Source: a virus (lineage: Duplodnaviria > Caudoviricetes). Taken from it: 64,000 bases of DNA. Every line of letters begins with the position of its first letter. Position 1 is the stretch's first letter. The position numbers and the translations under genes are program-made. The DNA is taken from IMG/VR virus record IMGVR_UViG_3300013382_000004; one strand, 5' to 3'. Shown piece by piece: positions 1-11,085 of this stretch. The notes beneath the pieces were generated by a model. The model was not told the DNA's origin. It ran no database searches and saw only the letters and a list, made by a program, of their open reading frames with translations.

Positions 1-149
1 TTTACATCTATATCTGAATTTAAAGTGTCTAAATTATAATTGCCCGAACCAAAGTAAAAAACTCCCACGACACGAGTTTCGCCATATTCTTCTATGGCTC
101 TTAAATATCTATTTCTTATTTCTAATCTTACACCTTTTTCGTTCAACAT
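1..149 (-). CDS. Nucleotidyltransferase (Pol-beta superfamily), 3' end runs off window
   Basis: ATG at 149; MLNEKG...GVFYFGSGNYNLDTLNSDIDV, matching the GS-x10-DxD nucleotidyltransferase motif. Confidence 0.75.
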   Translation of the reverse strand, partial: MLNEKGVRLEIRNRYLRAIEEYGETRVVGVFYFGSGNYNLDTLNSDIDV

Positions 150-154
150 CAATT

Positions 155-1207
155 TTATTCCTTAATTAAATATTTGGTAGTTTTAGGATTTAAATCTTCT
201 ATGGTTATTTTATGCAATTTACTAAAAGGAATTCTAATCAGCGGAATATTATTGCTTAAACAAAAATCGTTTTTTATTTTATCATATTCCTATCTTTTTT
301 CAAATTTTCCATCTTTGTCCCATTTAGTGTTGTGCTTGTAATAATGTTGCGACCCATCAAATTCTATAATATAAAAGCTATTCCCCTAATATACAATAAA
401 ATCAAAAAAAGCAAGATGTCCTGATGGAAAACGCAATTTATAACTTTGATTGTTCTTAAATTCTATTTTATTATCTCTTAAAATTTGAGAAATCTCTTTT
501 TCTCCTATAGATTTAATACAGCCACAGCTCTAAGTCCATTGCGAAGTCAACTTGCTTGCTCTTACTCCTATTTTATTCCCACAATCACACAAGCAATTCC
601 AATAAACTTCGCCACATTGCAAGGTTAATTGTTCATCTATATTTATTGCGGTTAAATTTCCAAATCTTTGCCCAGTTAAATCACGTCTTTTTTCTATGCC
701 CCTCTCTTTTTTCAAACAACCGCAAGATTTCGAATGCCCCTAAGTTAAATTAGATGCTAATTTTAAAACGGGCTATGAACCACAATCACACTAACATAAA
801 CACAAGTGTTTCCCTTTTTCCATATGGTCAGAAATGACTGTTAATTTTCCAAATTTCTATCCAATTAAACTTTCCATCTCAGAGCCTTTATTAGCTAAAC
901 ACCCGCAGCTTTTTATTCTTCCATGCATTAAATCTGTACGACGCAAAGCTAAATTTTTCTTCCCACAAGAACAATCACAAATTACGAAAATAGAAAAACC
1001 ATCATCTTCCACTACAGTTAATTTCCCATAAATATTCCCTATAAGATTTGTATATTCTTTTTTTAAATTGTTCTATTTAACAAAACGATAAATTAAATCT
1101 GAGCAGCAATTTAATTCTTGACTTATTTTTTTACAAGTCCAATGTTTATAACAATAGTAGTTTTTTATTAATGACTTTTCTTCGTTAGAAAAGACTCTCT
1201 TATTCAT
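155..1207 (-). CDS. Free-standing putative homing endonuclease (three GxxFGxLT/CxCxCG repeats plus Vsr-like/PD-(D/E)xK C-terminus), 350 aa with TAG=Gln
   Basis: One frame ATG1207 to TAA155 if TAG is read through; repeats LIGNIYGKLTV / LIG[TAG]KFGKLTV / LTGQRFGNLTA; C-terminal FDF...IIEFDGSQHY...LIRIP. Confidence 0.8.
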
Positions 1208-1247
1208 TATAGCTCGCCTCCCTTTTTATCTATTCTTACTTAATGAC

Positions 1248-1276
1248 ATTATAACAGACTGATTCTATCTTGTCAA
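1248..1276 (-). promoter_or_regulatory. sigma-70/A-type promoter
   Basis: TTGACA-17 nt-TATAAT with extended TG, upstream of ATG 1207. Confidence 0.8.
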
Positions 1277-1315
1277 GAAGTTATAATGAAAAAGTTGAAA
1301 GGGGTATAATACCCC

Positions 1316-1525
1316 TTAATCAACTTCTATCTTTTTGTATTTCCCGCAATTACATTCACCAGCATAGTTTTGTTCTTTAAAGGCTTTGCAAATACAAACC
1401 ATATCATCAGTTTGAGTTAAACCGCATGGGCAATACTGTTTTCCATATTTCTCTTTCATTTCTGCAAGTTGGCGATTAGTTTCTTCTACTAATTCTTTGT
1501 CATCATTTAATACAATTTTTAACAT
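1316..1525 (-). CDS. Ferredoxin-thioredoxin reductase catalytic-subunit-like protein
   Basis: YGKQYCPC...CICK...GECNCG, resembling the CPC/CPC/CHC pattern of FTR beta. Confidence 0.65.
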   Translation of the reverse strand: MLKIVLNDDKELVEETNRQLAEMKEKYGKQYCPCGLTQTDDMVCICKAFKEQNYAGECNCGKYKKIEVD

Positions 1526-2019
1526 TAAGATATCCTCTCTGCATACTGATTATCAGAAGCCAAAGTAATTTTAAGAATTTCATCAAAATGACTGACAGAA
1601 TTTGGTTTATATCTGCCATATTTTAAAATTACATTGGGATACTTTTTTAATTGCTTAATTTCTTTTTCTATTTCTTCTTTATAATACCCCGTATAAATTA
1701 TAAAGTCATCATTACAATTTTGTTTTCTAAAATAATCCAGCAAAGACAAAACTTCTTCAAATTGTAACATAGGCTCTAAACCTCCTATTACGACTGCCTT
1801 TGTAATTTCGTTGTCTATATAAACTTTATAAATAGAAGAAATCAAAAATTCTTTCGTAGCTTGTCTTACCACAGGTTCGTTTTGACATACAGTAATTGGA
1901 ATATTAGCTTCATGACAACATTTCCAATCACATTTACAAGTGATAAGGAAGAGGGAGGGCTTCGCATAATTAACAAAGTCCTCCATGACAACACCTTTAA
2001 GATGAATCTTCTCTTCCAT
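1525..2019 (-). CDS. nrdG: Anaerobic RNR activase (radical SAM)
   Basis: Cys cluster CDWKCC...C, GGLEP, IYTGY, LKYGRY, LASDNQ; adjacent to nrdD. Confidence 0.85.
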   Translation of the reverse strand: MEEKIHLKGVVMEDFVNYAKPSLFLITCKCDWKCCHEANIPITVCQNEPVVRQATKEFLISSIYKVYIDNEITKAVVIGGLEPMLQFEEVLSLLDYFRKQNCNDDFIIYTGYYKEEIEKEIKQLKKYPNVILKYGRYKPNSVSHFDEILKITLASDNQYAERIS

Positions 2020-2023
2020 AAAT

Positions 2024-3952
2024 TTATCCTTTCATGATAGAATCTGCATCTAAAACATTATACCAACGTCTTAAATTAAATTCCTTTTTTCTAATCTTTT
2101 GATAACTACTTACAGGGGTATAAAATCCTACTACTCTTGCATATTGGTCCGCCACAGGCTTTCCACAAATAGGACATGTTTGAGTTCCAATGAAAGAATG
2201 TTTATCTTCACAAACATTAATTTTAGTTGTAAACGCAAAATAAATTACACCTTTAGAAGCAATGTAATTAAGCATATCCCAAGCACTTTCTTTTGTTGCA
2301 AAACGATTTTCAATATCAATATGAGCAATGCAGCCTCCGCCACATTTTTCATCAAGTACGCTTCCTAAACGACACTTTTCTTTAATAGTGCATTGTTCGG
2401 TTAATGAGACCCACTAATTTGAGTAAATAAAATATTTATTTTGCTCAAACAAGAGATTATCTGCGGTACAAATTACACCAGCACAATTTTCCCGAGGGAT
2501 AGATTCAACATTAAAAGAAAAATCACATTCAAAACTATCTTTTACTTCATTGATAGTATCAAGAATCTAACAAGCAAATTCCAACCCTTCTTCTGTATAA
2601 TATTTATTACCAAACTCGTCAGTATTAATTAATCCAAAAGAATCAATAACTTCATACATTCCAAGAATACCAATAGTACAATATTGCTTGTCAAGTTCGA
2701 CTGCTCCTTCTTGATAGTTGGGTAGCAAACCTTTTTCTATATTACGCTCCAAAATATGACGCATACTAGTTAATGCCTTACAATCCAAAAGTACTCGGTC
2801 TTTAAGAAGTTCAATATATTTCTTTTTGTTAAATTTAGTCTCATATGCAATACGCATAAGATTAATTGTACTTACACGACAAGACCCAACAGACAACGCT
2901 GTACCACCAATAGAATTAACAAAAGCATCAAGCTTTTGAGTGTCAGAAAGTAAACGGCAACAATTTGAAAGCACTCCAACATTATCAGATACAAAGAAAT
3001 TAGAATCAGACCACTTAATGTTATGATAACAAGCCCATCGAGCAGTTTCTTCATCTTCAAATTTACCATCTTTATAAAGTAAAGAATAAGTTAAAACAGG
3101 GAAAGTAAACATGTTTTCACTACGAATATCACTTACTACATCCATAAACAAACGCTGGCACTTCATAATTTCTTCAATTTGGTCAATAGCGAAAGACCCA
3201 TCTGGAAATTCCAAACCACCAAACAAAGATTCAAGATAAGGACGGTCAAAAATACTTACATTTGTAAAAGCGCACTGGTCAATTCTAAGGAACGGCTGAT
3301 TTAATCTATAAACAAATTTCTGAAAATATTGTCTTAAATAAGTATCAGGGTCTTTAAAATAATGCCCGTTTTTTATATCCATTTTCCAGAAATAATAAGC
3401 CCAAATAATTACATTTGGGAGGCCAACGGCCCGAGATTGACGGTTACTGAGGAACGAAACAAACTCAATAACATCATCAAAATATGTGTCCAAATGTTTA
3501 GGAGGCTGATTATTATATCCTCCAAGGAAAAACAATCCTTCTCTTGCCAAACGAGTTAAATCATTTGCCCAACAATAGGGAAAATAACTTGCCGTAGCAG
3601 AATCGTTAAGATAAAAACCCTTGCTAAATTCCTATTCTAACCAAGCTTTAGCAGTGCGCAGTCCCCATTTTTTCTTAATTTCAAGGAAAATTTTATTTAA
3701 ACCAAAAAGCTTATCTTCACTCTTCCCCTTTTCAGTCATAAAAGAACGAATATCTCTATGGCTAGCATTTGCATTAGGGTCGATAGTAGCATCTGCCATT
3801 GTGCTTTGATTTACGAATTTATCTAAGAATTCTGAAAAATCTAACTAACTAGAATGAACCCCATTAATATATTCGAAATCTTCACCATATTTCTTTTTTA
3901 AGTCTTCAAGACATCTTTCAAAATCTTTTGTTAAACGAAGTGAAATGTCCAT
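2024..3952 (-). CDS. nrdD: Class III anaerobic ribonucleotide reductase, 642 aa with TAG=Gln, no obvious ATP cone
   Basis: Single frame ATG3952 to TAA2024 joining track fragments; SNCCRL, YSN[TAG]W, C-terminal CPICG...ARVVGFY glycyl-radical motif. Confidence 0.92.
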
Positions 3953-3970
3953 ATAAAATTTTCCTCCTTT

Positions 3971-4174
3971 TTAATTATTATTAATCCATTGATTTGCTTC
4001 ATTGAAAGCCATAATTTCTCCATCAACTTCAAGTAATGGAGCAGAAGCAAAACCCTTTTTAATCATTTCCTTTACATCGAAATCAGTTCTGGCTTCAAAT
4101 TCAATTCCCTTTTGTTTAAGTTTCTTTTCCAAAACAATACAACGAGGGCAATTAGTAGTATACAAAACAACCAT
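3971..4174 (-). CDS. nrdH: NrdH/glutaredoxin-like protein
   Basis: CPRC motif, GFASAPLL, 67 aa, directly upstream of nrdD. Confidence 0.75.
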   Translation of the reverse strand: MVVLYTTNCPRCIVLEKKLKQKGIEFEARTDFDVKEMIKKGFASAPLLEVDGEIMAFNEANQWINNN

Positions 4175-4197
4175 AACATCAATCTCCTTTTGTCCTT

Positions 4198-4740
4198 TTA
4201 TGTAACATCTAAATTACCATCAGATAATTTAACTAACTAATTATATAATTTCATACAACCCCAAGTATCTGCATCTGCACTATGAGCATTTTCTAAGGTA
4301 TAACCAAAATGTTCAAGCAAAGTCCCTAATTTATAATTAGCTACCTCTGTTTTTGGAATTAAGCGCTTTGCATTTTCCAAAGTGCAACAAACAGCATGAT
4401 TTGGAATTGGAATATGATATCTTTTTAGTTCTGGATAGATTACTTTATTAGCATCATATTTAGCATTATGAAAAATCCAAACACTGTCTGTCATATAATC
4501 TTTTATTTCTTCCCATACTTCATCAAAGGTGGGGCAATTTTTTATAGTATCATAGGTAATACCATTGACTTTAGATGCTCCACTTTCAATCTATGCCTAT
4601 GGATTTACTAATATATATTTATCAGCAATTTTCTTGCCATTTTCATATACTAAAATTGCAATACTAACAATTCTATTCTCTTTAAATCCAGTTGTTTCAG
4701 TATCACCTATAACGAGCTTATTATAATTAGGGAGAGCCAT
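4198..4740 (-). CDS. DEDDh 3'-5' exonuclease (DnaQ-like), 180 aa with TAG=Gln
   Basis: DTETTG (ExoI), FHNAKYD (ExoII), HSADAD (ExoIII); ExoI is only connected by TAG readthrough. Confidence 0.88.
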
Positions 4741-4742
4741 AA

Positions 4743-5186
4743 TTACTCTCCCTCTACAGCTTTATCAGATTTCAGAGCATTTGCTCTCGCTGCTTCAATA
4801 GTGTTATTTTCATCCTTAATAGACAAAATTTTCTTCATCTTATTAAAAGCTTCTAAAATATATTTCAAAGAACCAGATAAACATACTCCCAAAGTTGCCA
4901 CTGTTGAAATAACAATGCTATATTCAGCAGGAATAGGAAGATTGTTTTTATTTGCCCAAGGAATAATTAAAGAGGTAGAAAGTACAAGTAGCATTGTACC
5001 ACCCGCAAAAGCCAAAATTTTATAAAGACTGTTTAACAATCTTTGCTTTTCAAAAGTTTCTCCTGCGATTTTAATATTATAATATAAAGAGAAACTAACA
5101 TTAGAAAGATATGCCATGCCAAAAATAGAAAATCCCACTAAAGCCGCTAAAAGATTTTCCAAGGCTAATTTCCAAAAATCCTACAT
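4743..5186 (-). CDS. Membrane protein with ~3 TM segments, possibly holin-like
   Basis: RBS then ATG-TAG-GAT at 5186 in frame with the track ORF; hydrophobic segments and charged C-terminus. Confidence 0.55.
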
Positions 5187-5204
5187 AACTTTCTCCTTTA
5201 AGTT

Positions 5205-5687
5205 TTAATTACCAGAACTTCCAAATCCACCAGCACCACGCTCAGTATCAGGAAGTTCTTCTACTTGTTCAAAAGTAGTGGGAAGCACAGGAAGAATCAT
5301 AGCTTGAGCAATTCTATCTCCGTGTCTAATAATTTGTGTTTCGGCACTATCGTTATGAAGAGCAACAATCCACTCGCCACGATAGTCTGCGTCAATTACA
5401 CCCACACAATTTGCAGGACGCAAGCCTTGCTTAGTAGCTAAACCACTACGAGCAAAAACTGCACCCCAATATCCAACAGGAATTGCAGTTGCGATACCAG
5501 TCTTTACCTTTACAGTCTCATGAGGACGAATCTTAATTCCTGCAACATCTTTCTGAACATCCCAACTGTAATAAGTATCATCAGGACAATCAGCATAAAG
5601 GTCAAAACAAGCATCTGTTTCGTGAGCCTTAAGAGGCATCTTAGCTGTCTTAGACAGCAACTTAATCTTTACATCCATATTTGTCAA
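5205..5687 (-). CDS. dut: Trimeric dUTPase
   Basis: ARSGLA, GVIDADYRGE, RIAQ, RGAGGFGSSG motifs. Confidence 0.95.
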   Translation of the reverse strand: MTNMDVKIKLLSKTAKMPLKAHETDACFDLYADCPDDTYYSWDVQKDVAGIKIRPHETVKVKTGIATAIPVGYWGAVFARSGLATKQGLRPANCVGVIDADYRGEWIVALHNDSAETQIIRHGDRIAQAMILPVLPTTFEQVEELPDTERGAGGFGSSGN

Positions 5688-5740
5688 TCCTTTTTTGTCT
5701 AATTTTAATTTGTTTCTTTATATATAAAAATGGTGGAAAG

Positions 5741-7099
5741 TTACCCTTCCACCATAGAGTTTTTAAAACGCTTTAAGTTGTTTAGGGCTTTTGTAATTTC
5801 AGAATATTTGTAGCAAAACTGTTTCTTCAACAAGAAATCGTTTTCCTGTCCAAGATATTTGGTCTTTGTTCTGCCCTTTAATACTTTAGGAAGTTTGTCC
5901 ATCCAAAGCATTGCTTCTTTCTTATCATTCCAAAAGTCTACACACTCTGCATTTCCTTTAATTAAAATTTTATCAATTAACTCTTTATAGAGATTAAGAT
6001 ATTCATGAACAGTATTGTAATACTGCATAATTAATTCTCTATACGCATCAGGACACTTCGCTAAAAAATCATCAAATCTGTCTTCGTGAATAGCATTAAC
6101 AACTGCATTAGGAGAAATATTTTTAGATAAAGCTTTATGCATCAGGACATAATCCGATGTTTTAATTTTACATCTAAAATGATTTTTGTATCCATCAACC
6201 ATATCAATTACCCAACCTTCTTTTTCAGAAGAAAGATAATTGTCAGTATCAGCTAAAATGCTAAATAAAGTAGCATTATAATACCATTGAGTCATTTTAG
6301 AATCATATTCCTCAGCCATATCACTCAGAATATCAAAAGAAACTTCTTTGCCGTCCTTAGCATCTCTTGCCGCAAGTAAATATAAACCTTCTTGAGATTC
6401 ATCGTACTTAACCACAATGGGGTTTTTAGGAGAAATATACTCAAAAATAAAAGTATAATCAGGATAATCCTTAATTAATTCTTTCTGTCCATCAGATAAA
6501 AGTTTATACCCTTCTGCAAGTCTCCAAGATTCAGCGGGGTCTAATGCCTGAGAACCAGAACCCAAGATTCGGTCTTCATCTGCAATATATCTATACTGCT
6601 GATAAGAACCATCAAGCTTGTTGGTAATAAAAACTTCATGAGCAAAATTATATTTAGACTCAATATTTTTAGGAGACCAATCACCGTCATCCTCACCGTA
6701 GTTTTTAAACTTTGCTAAAGATGCCAGAGCAATTTCATCATTCTTTAAATCAAAAACACAAGAACGACATTCCCTATAAAGACCATCATATAATTCAAAG
6801 AAAGAACTTAAATTATAATCATCAGATAATTCAATAAAACCTTTATACTTAAATAATACATAATGGTCATAACAAGTAATCTGAAGAGGGTCAAAAATCT
6901 TGTTTAACTTCTCATTAAGTTTAGGAGTAATATTTCCCCATACTTCAAAAATTCTATCAAGCCAATCGTTAAAATTATAATTTTCAGGACAAGGTTCATT
7001 GTTAAGGAGAGTATAAGACTGGATATATTTTCTCTTTACAGTCATAACATACTGATAAAGAGGATGCCAAGTAAAATTTTTATTGAAACTAAATTTCAT
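5741..7099 (-). CDS. T4 Rnl1-like RNA ligase
   Basis: RECRS, KFKNY, motif I NKLDGS, FIFEYI, KEGWVI, KIK. Confidence 0.8.
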   Translation of the reverse strand: MKFSFNKNFTWHPLYQYVMTVKRKYIQSYTLLNNEPCPENYNFNDWLDRIFEVWGNITPKLNEKLNKIFDPLQITCYDHYVLFKYKGFIELSDDYNLSSFFELYDGLYRECRSCVFDLKNDEIALASLAKFKNYGEDDGDWSPKNIESKYNFAHEVFITNKLDGSYQQYRYIADEDRILGSGSQALDPAESWRLAEGYKLLSDGQKELIKDYPDYTFIFEYISPKNPIVVKYDESQEGLYLLAARDAKDGKEVSFDILSDMAEEYDSKMTQWYYNATLFSILADTDNYLSSEKEGWVIDMVDGYKNHFRCKIKTSDYVLMHKALSKNISPNAVVNAIHEDRFDDFLAKCPDAYRELIMQYYNTVHEYLNLYKELIDKILIKGNAECVDFWNDKKEAMLWMDKLPKVLKGRTKTKYLGQENDFLLKKQFCYKYSEITKALNNLKRFKNSMVEG

Positions 7100-7129
7100 T
7101 TTAAACTCTCCTTTACTATTTATTCTAAT

Positions 7130-8095
7130 TTACCCTTCGTAAGTTCCACTTGCAATTTTGTCACATTCATTAAACAGGAAAAGCTTATCAAGATTTTCTT
7201 TTCCCATAATCTTTTCCCATTTAGCTTTAGATTTCTCCGTCTCAAGGAAGAAAGGAAGCATATGAAAATTAACATAAAACAGACATTTTAAAATGTCATC
7301 CATATTAGTAAATCCAATACAATCCAGATTTGCTAAAAGGTCATATGTTCCTATATTATGATGACTATAATATCTATAATCACCAGAACCATCTTCTTTC
7401 GGCTGTCCAGTAGTTAATTTACCTAAATCATGAATCTGTGCGGCTCTATAAAGAACCTTATCATCAGTTCTCTTAGCTACTTCTTCAGCACAAATCCTAC
7501 AATGCTCATCTAAAGTATATTTATGATGATGAGTCTTCTGGTCAAAACCTTTCATCAAGTTCGTAATATAATCATCATCAGTAGTCCAATTGGACTGAGG
7601 AGCAATTACTTCAAACTGATTAAAGTTCCAACCAATCAAATTGATAATATCAAAACCTTCCTCATAGAAAGGAATCTCAAACTTACCAACCTGTCTATCA
7701 ATTACTTCTTCAGGAACAGTACGAGTTCTTGCTTTGTTCTGTCGCTTACAAACTGCCACAGGAGTAGTCATAACATAAGCAACCTTATTGACATTCTCTC
7801 TATTGCGAACAATATCAAGTAAACTTCTACGAGACTTAACATTAATATTAGTTGCATCAACAATAATATTCATCTTGTCAATGCAATTATTAATACGACG
7901 GCGGACTTCTTTAAAGACTTCCTCATTATGAGTCTGGTCATTTACATCTCCAAAAACAGTTTCACGAATTTCATCCGACGAAACAATCATTGTAGGCTGA
8001 CCCATTTTAGTCAACATGTTTTTAAGATTCTGAGCAAGAGTAGACTTACCACTTGCCACAACTCCAATCATCATCATAAAATTCGTATGTTCCAT
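7130..8095 (-). CDS. Polynucleotide kinase (AAA_33) fused to HD domain
   Basis: GVVASGKST, SSDEIR, DATN; HKYTLDEH...IHDLGK...H...D. Confidence 0.85.
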   Translation of the reverse strand: MEHTNFMMMIGVVASGKSTLAQNLKNMLTKMGQPTMIVSSDEIRETVFGDVNDQTHNEEVFKEVRRRINNCIDKMNIIVDATNINVKSRRSLLDIVRNRENVNKVAYVMTTPVAVCKRQNKARTRTVPEEVIDRQVGKFEIPFYEEGFDIINLIGWNFNQFEVIAPQSNWTTDDDYITNLMKGFDQKTHHHKYTLDEHCRICAEEVAKRTDDKVLYRAAQIHDLGKLTTGQPKEDGSGDYRYYSHHNIGTYDLLANLDCIGFTNMDDILKCLFYVNFHMLPFFLETEKSKAKWEKIMGKENLDKLFLFNECDKIASGTYEG

Positions 8096-8106
8096 TTTTG
8101 TTCTCC

Positions 8107-8553
8107 TTACTTCATCTTAGCGAGAATATTATCAACCTTTTCGTTAAACTCTTTTGCTAATTTCTCTTTATCAGTATCAGGTCTTGTTTGTCCCTCAACA
8201 GGAATTAAATCTCCTGCCCAAAACAGCCACTTAGGATTAGTTTCATCTTCTTTAAGCTGGACAAAACTATTATAATCAGGAGCTTGCTTTTCTTTTTTTA
8301 ATGGGTCAAATTCAATCGTAAAAACATCATCTTTATGTTCAGTAACCCAATCTCTATAATCTTTCCTTAATTGCTTCCAATCAGGATAAGAAACAATTCG
8401 ATTATAATCTAAAGTTACCTTTTCACCTTCCCATGTAGTAACAGGATTAGTGGTGATAGCATCCATCCTTTTAACAAAAGTAGTAGCACTTTCTCTTGTT
8501 AAACCCTTTTTAGTGAGCTTCTTTACAGCCGCTCTACGTTCTTCTCGATTCAT
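8107..8553 (-). CDS. Hypothetical phage protein
   Basis: Intact 148-aa ORF (MNREERR...) with RBS and its own promoter. Confidence 0.7.
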   Translation of the reverse strand: MNREERRAAVKKLTKKGLTRESATTFVKRMDAITTNPVTTWEGEKVTLDYNRIVSYPDWKQLRKDYRDWVTEHKDDVFTIEFDPLKKEKQAPDYNSFVQLKEDETNPKWLFWAGDLIPVEGQTRPDTDKEKLAKEFNEKVDNILAKMK

Positions 8554-8576
8554 AGTTACTCCTTTGAATCATCTAT

Positions 8577-8605
8577 ATAATAACAGAAACTAATGAAGTT
8601 GTCAA
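8577..8605 (-). promoter_or_regulatory. sigma-70/A-type promoter
   Basis: TTGACA-17 nt-TATTAT with TG extension. Confidence 0.7.
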
Positions 8606-8619
8606 GAGGATAATAAAAA

Positions 8620-11085
8620 TTATTCCTCTTGTACTTCATCTTTTTCTTTCCAATCTTTTAGTTGTCTTATTAAAGCTCTACGTTCTTCATCTTCTTTTCT
8701 GTGAAGAACATTATACTATTCTCTGAGCTACCTATATTCCTATTTCAAGAACTCAGGTAAGAATGTTCTTTTAGTTGAAACAAAATTTGTATCAATAGAA
8801 CGTCTCAAAGCCTTAGTTTGAGCTACAAGCACGCATAATTTCTTAGCTCTGGTTAACAAGGTGTAAATTTGTTGCTGACAAAGCATCATAGGAGGAGTGC
8901 TATAATCTATTACTCCAATAATTACAGGGCAACCAGAACCTTGATATTTATGAGTAGTACAAGCATAACCTAAAATCAAATGTTCTTTAACTTCTTTGTG
9001 CTTCAAAATGATTGGAACATCGCCTAAATCAAAATCCACAATTGCATTTTCATAATCAATACTTGTAACCACACCAGTCCATCCATTATACATGGCTGTT
9101 TGTGCTCCACTTGTATCATAAACTTTATAATTGTTCTTAATACACATAACTTTATCGCCTTCTTGAATCCAGAAAGACCTGTCATTTCCAGAAGCATCTC
9201 TCATCTTTTGGACATAAATTCTTGGACGAGATTCATTTAAATCAACAGGGTTAATTAATTTCTGAATATCAAGATTTAAATTATGGACACAAGCATCTCC
9301 ACGTTCTTTGACAGGAGAGATAATTTGAATCTTTTCAATATCTCCATTTACAAGAGGACTATTAAAATATTTCTCAAAATAAGCAATGGTATCTTTCCTA
9401 TCATTATCTTTTTCATTTCGAATATCAAGCACCATGTCTTGAAGTTCTCCACGAGTTTCGATACCCTCATAATCAGTATCTTGATATAACTGAATACCGT
9501 TTCTTACATTGTAAGCTGTAGTTAAAATGCCCGAAGCCTTTGCTTGTCTATGAACTTCTTTTAATTCAACAGTAGGAATTTCTTTGCTGTTAATCATATC
9601 AGCAGCTAAATTGAGAGAACCAATAGATTCAAGCTGTCCCATGTCACCAAGCATTAAAAGTTTACTTCCTGTGGGAATAGCTTTAATTAAATCAAGAAAA
9701 ATTTCTCCGCCTACCATGCTAACTTCATCCAAAATAATGATATCATAAGGTAATGGATTATCTTCTCCATAAGTAAAACCACAGCCGCCAGTATAACCAA
9801 GAAGTCTATGAATAGTAAATCCTTCTTTACCAGTAACCTCTTGTAATCTTGCCGCCGCTTTACCACTTAAAGCACATTGAGCAAAAGTGTATTCATCAAG
9901 CACAGACAAAATACCTGTAACTAACGAACTTTTACCAGAACCAGCTAAACCAGAAATTACACAAACTTGCTTTTCAATTCCCAACTTAATACCATCAATC
10001 TGCTCTTGGGTAAATTGGAATCCTTGCTTTGCTTCTGCTTTTTTAATCTTTTCATCAAAATCATTAGCAACAAAATAATTATTACCTTGAAGCAATCTTT
10101 TAAGATGATAAGCAATATCTTTTTCAAGATTCCAAAAGCTCATTAAATAAACTCTTCGACCTGATTTGGTATCGCCTTCTTCAACACGAATTAAATCTTC
10201 ATCTTGAAGTTCTTTTATAGCTTTACCAACATTATTTACAGGATTGCCATCTTCATCTTCTACTGTTAAACTTTGTTTTCCACCAAGGTCTTCATATAAA
10301 GAACCCATTAGTTCGCCAGCAGATACCCAAGAATGGCCCTCTTCGCCTTGAGCATCAAGATACCAAAGAATATAAGATTTGATTCTTTTTATATCGTAAG
10401 TCTTATATCCACTTCTTAAAGCCACTTTATCAGCAGTAAAAAAACCTACCCCTTTAATATCTTTTACTAATTGATATGGATTATTCTTTACAACATCAAT
10501 TACTTTTTGCGGAGCTTTGTATTTTTCAATCAGTTTAGAAATAAAGTTTGGAGAGAAACCTACTTTATCAAGCTCTAAATACACAGTAGACATATCTTTA
10601 CTGGCTTCAAAACGCTCAATAATACAGTTGGAAATATAATCTCCAATACCTTTTGCTTTCTTTAAAGTTTCTACATCATGGTCAGCAATGGCTTGCAATG
10701 GGTCATCACATACTGCAAATAGTTCATCCATCTGCCCCTCTGACAAAAAAGTCCTTAAGAAAGCTCTTTGATTCTTCTGATTAGAGAAATCAATATCTTT
10801 GTTGTAATAAACTAATTGATACTGAACACCATATTTGGGATGTTCAACTTCCTTGCCTAACAACACATAGGCGGAATTGGGGTCAATTCCATCGGTATAT
10901 TCTCCTGTAAAAGTAACTTCACCATACAAGCTCATTGTAGGTGTACCTTGTTCTACTTCAAGAATATTCCAAGAAACTATTCCCCAATTTTTACCGTCTG
11001 ACCCAATTCCAGCACTCGGATAGAGGGTCTTAGAATGAGACGCTTTTATCTTTATAAATTTTTCTTCAATTAATTCAGAACTCAT
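8620..11085 (-). CDS. recD2: RecD2-like SF1B helicase, 821 aa with TAG=Gln
   Basis: NPYQL..IKGVGF, GLAGSGKS, TIHRLL, DEVSMV, GDMGQL, YACTTHKYQGS; three TAGs in the last 41 codons before TAA8620. Confidence 0.9.
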
